Shown here piece after piece: positions 58,199 through 64,000 of a stretch of 64,000 nucleotides of DNA. This DNA comes from Methyloceanibacter sp. Its GTDB lineage: Bacteria; Pseudomonadota; Alphaproteobacteria; Rhizobiales; Methyloligellaceae. Made by a program: the position numbers and the translations under genes. Where the stretch lies: contig NZ_JBOHJB010000001.1 of assembly GCF_050728395.1 (NCBI RefSeq), positions 56,601-120,600 of the forward strand. The letters are read 5' to 3'. The notes under the pieces are model-generated. The model did no database searches and was not told the origin of the DNA. It saw nothing but the letters and a program-made list of their open reading frames with translations. Position 1 is the stretch's first letter. Every line of letters begins with the position of its first letter.

Positions 58199-59317
58199 TT
58201 AGACGCGGGCGCTCTTCGGCGCCATGAGTTGACCCCTATCGATCAATACGCTCTGAACCCCCACCTTGGCGGTACCGAGGCGTTTCAGCGCGTCGCCCCG
58301 CTTTACGAGGGGGCCCCACCATGCCTCGTTGCCGAGATACCATTCGACCGTCTGGCGCAATCCGGAGTCAAGATCGTAAGCCGGCTTCCAGCCGAGCCGT
58401 GTGGTGAGCTTGTCCGCATCGATGGCGTAACGCTTGTCGTGACCGAGCCGGTCGGCAACGAAGGTGATGAGCCCTCGCCGCGGACCTGAGGCTAAAGGCC
58501 CAGCAATCTCGTCGACAAGATCGCAGATGGCCTCGACCATGTCGAGATTGCGCCGCTCGGCAGAGCAGCCGACGTTGTAGGTCGTGCCTGGCTCGGCGTT
58601 CTTGAGCACGGTCAAAAGCGCGGCGGCGTGGTCCTCCACGTGCAGCCAGTCGCGAACGTTGTCGCCGGCGCCATAGACGGGGAGCGTCTCGCCCTTGAGC
58701 GCGCGCAGGATCATCAGCGGCACGAGCTTCTCGGGGAATTGATACGGCCCGTAATTGTTGGAGCAATTGGTAAGCAGCACCGGCAGTCCGTAGGTCCGGC
58801 CCCAGGCGCGAACCAGGTGGTCGGAAGCAGCCTTGCTCGCGGAGTAAGGCGAGGATGGATCGTAGGGAGTGCTCTCTACGAACTTGCCGGCGGGTCCGAG
58901 CTCGCCGAAGACCTCATCGGTGGAGATGTGGTGGAAGCGGAATGCCTTGCGCCGGTTTGGGGTAAGACGGTCGAAAAAGCGGCGCGCTTCTTCCAAAAGC
59001 ACAAAGGTGCCGACGATATTGGTGTGGATGAAGTCACCGGCCGAGTCGATCGAGCGGTCGACATGGGATTCCGCTGCGAGGTTCAGAACCGCATCCGGCC
59101 GCACTTGCTCGAACAGAGCACGTACGGTCTCGCGATCGGCGATGTCTGCTTGTACAAATCGGTAGCGCGGGCTTGCGGCGATGCTCGCGAGCGAGGCGAG
59201 ATTGGCGGCGTAAGTGAGCTTGTCGAGGTTGATGACCGACCAGTCCGTGGAACGTATCAGGTGCCGACAGACGGCCGAGCCAATGAAGCCGGCCCCTCCG
59301 GTCACGATCACCTTCAT
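58199..59317 (-). CDS. rfbB: dTDP-glucose 4,6-dehydratase
   Basis: [49 protein letters not shown]. Confidence 0.96.
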   Translation of the reverse strand: MKVIVTGGAGFIGSAVCRHLIRSTDWSVINLDKLTYAANLASLASIAASPRYRFVQADIADRETVRALFEQVRPDAVLNLAAESHVDRSIDSAGDFIHTNIVGTFVLLEEARRFFDRLTPNRRKAFRFHHISTDEVFGELGPAGKFVESTPYDPSSPYSASKAASDHLVRAWGRTYGLPVLLTNCSNNYGPYQFPEKLVPLMILRALKGETLPVYGAGDNVRDWLHVEDHAAALLTVLKNAEPGTTYNVGCSAERRNLDMVEAICDLVDEIAGPLASGPRRGLITFVADRLGHDKRYAIDADKLTTRLGWKPAYDLDSGLRQTVEWYLGNEAWWGPLVKRGDALKRLGTAKVGVQSVLIDRGQLMAPKSARV

Positions 59318-59514
59318 GCCCCCGTGCCCTCCTGTAACCAACGCCCAGTTGCGGAAGCATGCGCAACTCGTCAAAGCATGTCAACCGTACCTGCCAGCCG
59401 AAAAATCGCGGTGTCATCGTCACTTACGGCATTCCAGCCCGCGGCACCGGCACCCGTAGCGCGTGGCAAGAAACTATGAGAAGAAGAGTCAGGGGAAAAG
59501 CCGTCAGCCCAGCC

Positions 59515-60069
59515 ATGGATATCACTCTTACTCCGCTCGCCGGCGTTCTGGTGCTGAAGCCAAAGCGCTTTCGCGATAATCGCGGTTTCTTCAGCGAGAC
59601 CTACAGCAAGCGCCGCTTGGCCGATGCCGGCATCAACGTCGATTTCGTCCAGGACAACCTCTCGGTGTCGAAGTCGCCAGGGATACTTCGCGGACTCCAT
59701 TTTCAGAAAGAGCCGTTTGCCCAGGTCAAGCTCGTGAGCGTGGTGCAAGGTGCCGCGCGCGACGTGGTTGTCGACATCAGGCACAGCTCACCCAGTTTTG
59801 GCCGGCATTTTTCCATTGTGCTCAATGCCGAAGAAGGCAATCAAGTCTTCGTTCCGATAGGCTTCGCGCACGGCTTTCTGGCCCTCGAGCCTGATACGGT
59901 GCTGAGCTACAAAGTCTCCAACTACTACGCGCCGGAGCACGATTCTGGAATTCGCTTCGACGACCCTCGCCTTGGCATCGACTGGGGCTTCGATCAGGCC
60001 TCCATCATTACTTCCGACAAGGATCGGCTGCTGCCGCCCTTCGACCCGCAAACAGGCTATTTCCCGTAA
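59515..60069 (+). CDS. rfbC: dTDP-4-dehydrorhamnose 3,5-epimerase
   Basis: DNRGFFSE, FVQDN.S.S, LRGLHFQ, GFAHGF, YKVSNYY. Confidence 0.95.
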   Translation: MDITLTPLAGVLVLKPKRFRDNRGFFSETYSKRRLADAGINVDFVQDNLSVSKSPGILRGLHFQKEPFAQVKLVSVVQGAARDVVVDIRHSSPSFGRHFSIVLNAEEGNQVFVPIGFAHGFLALEPDTVLSYKVSNYYAPEHDSGIRFDDPRLGIDWGFDQASIITSDKDRLLPPFDPQTGYFP

Positions 60070-60202
60070 GTCCTGTTTGCTCACCCATCGCCAGGACAAT
60101 GGCCAATTTTTGGGGGCAGTCTTCGCGCTGACGCGGCCTTGCGCCTACCCCCTACGCGCCACCGAGCATGCTTTTTAGATGCCGCTAATAAGTTGAATCT
60201 CT

Positions 60203-61669
60203 ATGCTAAGCACGCCTGGAGAGCAGACCGTAGGCTTGGAGTATCAGTTGCGCAAAGTTTCGCCCTTCATCCTGTGTGGCGGCTCGGGCACCAGGCTTTG
60301 GCCGCTTTCTCGGGAGGCGTTGCCCAAGCAATTTCACAAAATTGCTTGGCAAGAGACGCTGTTTCAGCAGACCTGCAGGCGGCTTACCGGCGATCTCTTC
60401 GCCGCTCCAATCATCTTGTCGAACCAACATCATCGCTTCCTCGTTGCCGAGCAGCTTGAGGAAGCGGACATCAAGCCGGCTGGGATCGTTCTAGAGCCAG
60501 TCGGAAGGAACACGGCTCCGGCGGCCTGTGTTGCCGCCTTGCTGGCCTCGCGGTCAGATCCAGACGCCTTGGTGCTAATCGTCCCCTCCGACCACATGAT
60601 TCCCGATGCGGCTGCATTTGCCCGTGCGATCGCCGTCGGTGCGAGCGCCGCGGAGGAAGGCGCCTTCGTCATCTTCGGTATTGAGCCTGACTGCCCGCAC
60701 ACCGGTTACGGCTATATCGAGACCGAGAAAAGCAATTCTCAGGTTCTGAGGGTGCGGCGCTTTGTGGAAAAGCCATCGCGGGAGGCTGCGGAAGAGTTCA
60801 TCGACGCCGGCAACTTCTTCTGGAACGCAGGCATATTCCTGTTCAAAGCCGCTACGCTGATCGATCTCCTGGAAGGTCTCGCACCCGAGGTTCTGAAAGC
60901 TTGCCGCGACGCGCTCGAGGAGGCGACGGACGATTTGGGCTTCTTGCGCCTCAACGGCAGCTACGCGAAGGCGCCCGCCATCTCGCTCGACTATGCCGTG
61001 GCCGAGAAGGCGGGCAACATGCAGTGCGTGCCTCTCAATACGCCGTGGAGCGATATGGGCTCATGGTCCTCGCTGTGGGGCTTACTTGAGAAAGACAGCA
61101 CCGGCAACGTCGCCCTCGGAGAAGGCGAGATCGTTCTCGAGCAAACGAGCAACAGTCTTGCCTATAGCGACCATGCTTGTGTCGCTCTGGTCGGTGTCAG
61201 CGACACGATCGTGGTGGCGACGGAGGACGCCGTCCTCGTTGTCTCGAAGGAATACGCCGAGTCGGTAAAGACGATCGTCGAGCACCTGAAGGGCAACGGT
61301 CGCTCGCACACGCTGCATCACAGCCGCGTATACCGGCCATGGGGATGGTATCAGAGCATCAACAAAGGCAGCCGATACCAGGTCAAGTGCATCATGGTGA
61401 AACCGGGAGCGAAGCTGTCGCTGCAGAGCCACTTCCACCGCTCGGAGCACTGGGTCATCGTGACCGGGACGCTCGAAGTCACCAAGGGCGATGAAGTGGA
61501 ACTGTTAAGCGAGAACCAATCCACCTTCATTCCAATCGGGAAAAAGCATCGGCTTGCCAATCCAGGCAAGATCCCGGCGTTTATCATCGAGGTCCAGTCG
61601 GGGCCATATCTCGACGAGGACGACATCGTCAGATTCGAGGACGTCTACCACCGGCATTCGAACGAATAG
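60203..61669 (+). CDS. manC: Mannose-1-phosphate guanylyltransferase / mannose-6-phosphate isomerase
   Basis: ILCGGSGTRLWPLSR...PKQF, LEPVGRNTAPA, WNAGIF, ISLDYAV, RPWGWY, LSLQSHFHRSEHW. Confidence 0.95.
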   Translation: MLSTPGEQTVGLEYQLRKVSPFILCGGSGTRLWPLSREALPKQFHKIAWQETLFQQTCRRLTGDLFAAPIILSNQHHRFLVAEQLEEADIKPAGIVLEPVGRNTAPAACVAALLASRSDPDALVLIVPSDHMIPDAAAFARAIAVGASAAEEGAFVIFGIEPDCPHTGYGYIETEKSNSQVLRVRRFVEKPSREAAEEFIDAGNFFWNAGIFLFKAATLIDLLEGLAPEVLKACRDALEEATDDLGFLRLNGSYAKAPAISLDYAVAEKAGNMQCVPLNTPWSDMGSWSSLWGLLEKDSTGNVALGEGEIVLEQTSNSLAYSDHACVALVGVSDTIVVATEDAVLVVSKEYAESVKTIVEHLKGNGRSHTLHHSRVYRPWGWYQSINKGSRYQVKCIMVKPGAKLSLQSHFHRSEHWVIVTGTLEVTKGDEVELLSENQSTFIPIGKKHRLANPGKIPAFIIEVQSGPYLDEDDIVRFEDVYHRHSNE

Positions 61670-61717
61670 TGGCAACGGGGCCTTCCTGGCGCTGGAGGCA
61701 GACGCGCGACGGAAAGG

Positions 61718-61942
61718 TCAGGAGCCACGCCGCTTTGGCGGCCTGTTCTCGTTGGCCGGCTCGCTGCGCGTGCTTTGCTTGAGGGCCTCCTTCAACGTCC
61801 GCGGCCGGTGGTGCTTGGCCAACAAATCGGCGAACGCCTCATCGGCAAGTTCCTGCAGATCCTTGCCTCTGTCGCGGGACAAGAGCTCGAGCGCCTGCCA
61901 GGTCTCAGGGTCGAAGCCGATCAGCTTGCGCCTGGGCGCCAT
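61718..61942 (-). CDS. Small ribbon-helix-helix-like DNA-binding protein
   Basis: beta-alpha-alpha pattern RKLIGFDPETWQALELL...LQELADEAFADLLAK. Confidence 0.6.
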   Translation of the reverse strand: MAPRRKLIGFDPETWQALELLSRDRGKDLQELADEAFADLLAKHHRPRTLKEALKQSTRSEPANENRPPKRRGS

Positions 61943-61989
61943 GGCCAGTCTCCTTTGGGCCCGCGCTTTCCCCTCACCCTAGAGCCAAT

Positions 61990-63015
61990 TCAAGCCTTGA
62001 GGCGCGACAGGATGCCTTCAAGGATGCGGATCGCATCCCCCTTGTCGCGCTTTTGCAGATTGAGGTGGAATTTGAACCCCTCCAGTTCCTCGCGGATCAC
62101 GGTTCCCTCCTCGGCGAGGTGGTCGTAAAGGCCGAGCACCTTGTAGCAGCGGATCGGCTCAGCGAAGCCCTTCACCTTGATCGGCGTCTGCTCTTCCGCG
62201 GCCACTTCATCCTTCACCAGCGAATAGGTCTCGTGACCCAGAAGAACGCCGTCGATCTCGGCATGGGATTGCAGCCGCGCGGTCAGGTTCACGGCATTGC
62301 CGATAATGGTATAGTCCATGCGGTCGTTGCTGCCGAAATTGCCGACGGTGCAATAGCCCGTGTTGATGCCGATGCGCACTCGAAATGGCTTCTCGGCTCC
62401 CAATTCCTGCCATTCCGAGCGCAGCTCGCGCATTCGCCCCAGCATGGCAATAGCCATGCGCACGCAGGCGCGGGCATCCTCCTTCAACCCTCTCGATTCG
62501 GGGTCGCCGAAGAACACCATGATCGCGTCGCCAATATATTTGTCGATGGTGGCGCCATGTTTGAGCGCGATATCCGACATCTCGGTAAGGTACCTGTTGA
62601 GCAGATTGGTGAGATCCTCGGACTCAAGCTTGTCGGTGGTCTCGGTGAAATTGACCACGTCGGAGAAGAAGATGGTCAGCTTCTTGCGGCTGGAAGCTAT
62701 CTCGACGCCTTGCGCGCCGGTGAAGATCGAGTTGTAGATCTGCGGCGAGAGATATTTCGACAGCTTGGTAGAGAGCGACTCAAGCTCCTTGTTCTTTTGG
62801 GCGATGACTTCGGCCGCGGCGTTCAATTGCCGCTCGTTGTGATCGCCAAGGCGCATCAGCCTGCGCGCGGTACGGAACAGCTTCTGGTAGCTCTTGAGCA
62901 GCTGCTCGAAGTTTTTCTGCTCGTCCGGGCTGTCGAAGACTCCATCGGCAAGCAAGCGCTCAGCCGCCGCGATCACTCCCTCTTCAGCGACAAAGAGATC
63001 ATCGCTTGACATCAC
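61990..63015 (-). CDS. Class III adenylate cyclase with SiaD-like N-terminal helical/coiled-coil region
   Basis: FFSDVVNFT, DKYIGDAIM, RIGINTG, MDYTIIGNAVNLTARL; N-terminal LLKSYQKLFRTARRLMRLGDHNERQL. Confidence 0.88.
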   Translation of the reverse strand: MMSSDDLFVAEEGVIAAAERLLADGVFDSPDEQKNFEQLLKSYQKLFRTARRLMRLGDHNERQLNAAAEVIAQKNKELESLSTKLSKYLSPQIYNSIFTGAQGVEIASSRKKLTIFFSDVVNFTETTDKLESEDLTNLLNRYLTEMSDIALKHGATIDKYIGDAIMVFFGDPESRGLKEDARACVRMAIAMLGRMRELRSEWQELGAEKPFRVRIGINTGYCTVGNFGSNDRMDYTIIGNAVNLTARLQSHAEIDGVLLGHETYSLVKDEVAAEEQTPIKVKGFAEPIRCYKVLGLYDHLAEEGTVIREELEGFKFHLNLQKRDKGDAIRILEGILSRLKA

Positions 63016-63401
63016 TCAGCCATCTTCTCGAGATGAAATTTAGCGTTGACCAGATCCTCGCCGAATTCCTCGCCGAGCTCCTGCATGGTGTCGTCTTCCC
63101 GGTCGTAATACCAGAAAACCTCGATCAAGGCCCCATTTGCCGCCGCGGCATCGAGCTTATCCATCAACATCATGACGGCCTTGGCGCTGCTCGAATTGAG
63201 GTAGATGAGCTCAATGTCGAAGCGGCAACTGCCCTTGCCGAGCTTTCCCAGATAGGTATCGAGGGCCTCGAAGATTGGTTTGTAAAACTCGGTCACGTCC
63301 TCTGGGTAAGACTCTCCCGTGAGCTTCAAGTGATTTTCGGCGAAGTCGAATGTCACCGCTGGAGTGCGGGCGGTGGCGGGGATTTCGAATTTCCACATCA
63401 T
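63012..63401 (-). CDS. siaC: SiaC family (DUF1987) protein
   Basis: IPATARTP, GESYPED, YLNSSSAK, WYYD, ELGEEF. Confidence 0.88.
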   Translation of the reverse strand: MMWKFEIPATARTPAVTFDFAENHLKLTGESYPEDVTEFYKPIFEALDTYLGKLGKGSCRFDIELIYLNSSSAKAVMMLMDKLDAAAANGALIEVFWYYDREDDTMQELGEEFGEDLVNAKFHLEKMAE

Positions 63402-63411
63402 TCCACAGTCC

Positions 63412-63972
63412 TCATACCCTGGCCTTGAGGGTGAAGAATGCGTGGCCGTCGTCGACATCGGTAAAGTCGAACTCGATCGGTTTCGATGCGCGGCGCGCGA
63501 TTTCCATGATGCCGAGGCCGGCGCCCTTGCTGCCCTCCTCCGGCGCGGCTCGCAGCTGCTCCTTATGCACGGCGCGAAGCTCCTCCTTATTCATATCCCT
63601 GATCTTGATCAAGCGCGTGCGTAGCCGCTCAACATCCTTCTGCGCCACGAGATTACCCGCCTGGACGACGTACTCGCCGCCCTCCTGACCGATGGTCACA
63701 ATCCCGTACCGGATCTCCAGCAGCGGGCTGTCGCCTGCCGACGACTGGGCGGCCAGTTCGGCGGAATAGCGGATGATGTTCTGCATCTGCTCGACGAACA
63801 CCGCGAACACGCTGCGCAGCGTCTTGGTGTCGGCGTCGTCGATGGTCAGCTTCTGCTTGATGGCCTCGCCGACGCCGCTCAGCACCGTTTCCGTCATGTA
63901 GCCGCTAAATGCAAAGATAATGCCTTGCCTTTTCAGCGTAGCGCGGAGGTCGAAGAGGTCGCGTCCGTCCAT
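63412..63972 (-). CDS. siaB: SiaB family protein kinase
   Basis: FAFSG, VFVEQMQNIIRYS, AGNL, SKGAGLGIMEIARRAS.PIEF.F (GHKL-like). Confidence 0.85.
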   Translation of the reverse strand: MDGRDLFDLRATLKRQGIIFAFSGYMTETVLSGVGEAIKQKLTIDDADTKTLRSVFAVFVEQMQNIIRYSAELAAQSSAGDSPLLEIRYGIVTIGQEGGEYVVQAGNLVAQKDVERLRTRLIKIRDMNKEELRAVHKEQLRAAPEEGSKGAGLGIMEIARRASKPIEFDFTDVDDGHAFFTLKARV

Positions 63973-64000
63973 GTCGTTGCGTCCCCTAACGTCCGAGCGG

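Noticed and set aside
62053-63009. 318-aa plus-strand ORF
   Set aside because: It is the antisense shadow of the adenylate cyclase.

Overview
This window is high-GC DNA, probably alphaproteobacterial (Hyphomicrobiales-like; inferred from gene content and style). Nearly all of it (1 to about 61.7 kb) is one large, mosaic surface-glycan biosynthesis and decoration locus with many strand switches. It holds about 10 GT2/GT4-type glycosyltransferases, seven GT-C-type membrane proteins, three flippase-type proteins, five methyltransferase-type genes, three sulfotransferase-like domains and nucleotide-sugar genes (wecE, galE, rfbB, rfbC, manC). The most striking element is a 9-gene block (28952-36698) that looks at first like a GDP-heptose pathway. 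It also carries a dedicated transaldolase, an atypical SIS isomerase, a UDP-glucose-dehydrogenase homolog lacking the catalytic Cys, a Gfo/Idh/MocA oxidoreductase, an epimerase and an SDR. This matches the family set of the lincosamide GDP-octose pathway (LmbR/N/P/K/O/M/L/Z), with an SDR in place of the aminotransferase. It sits next to a lipid-linked delivery module (GT2, UPF0104 flippase, YfhO GT-C, methyltransferases). Also notable: two coiled-coil ruler proteins with heptad-multiple repeats, one a 1619-aa sulfotransferase-like/coiled-coil/GT4/RgpF fusion; an Arn-like WecE + ATP-grasp + acetyltransferase + GT2 + GtrII module; and, at the right end, a SiaB-SiaC module wired to an adenylate cyclase rather than a diguanylate cyclase. 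I found no rRNA, tRNA, CRISPR array, integrase or transposase. All functional calls come from motifs read by eye, not from database searches.
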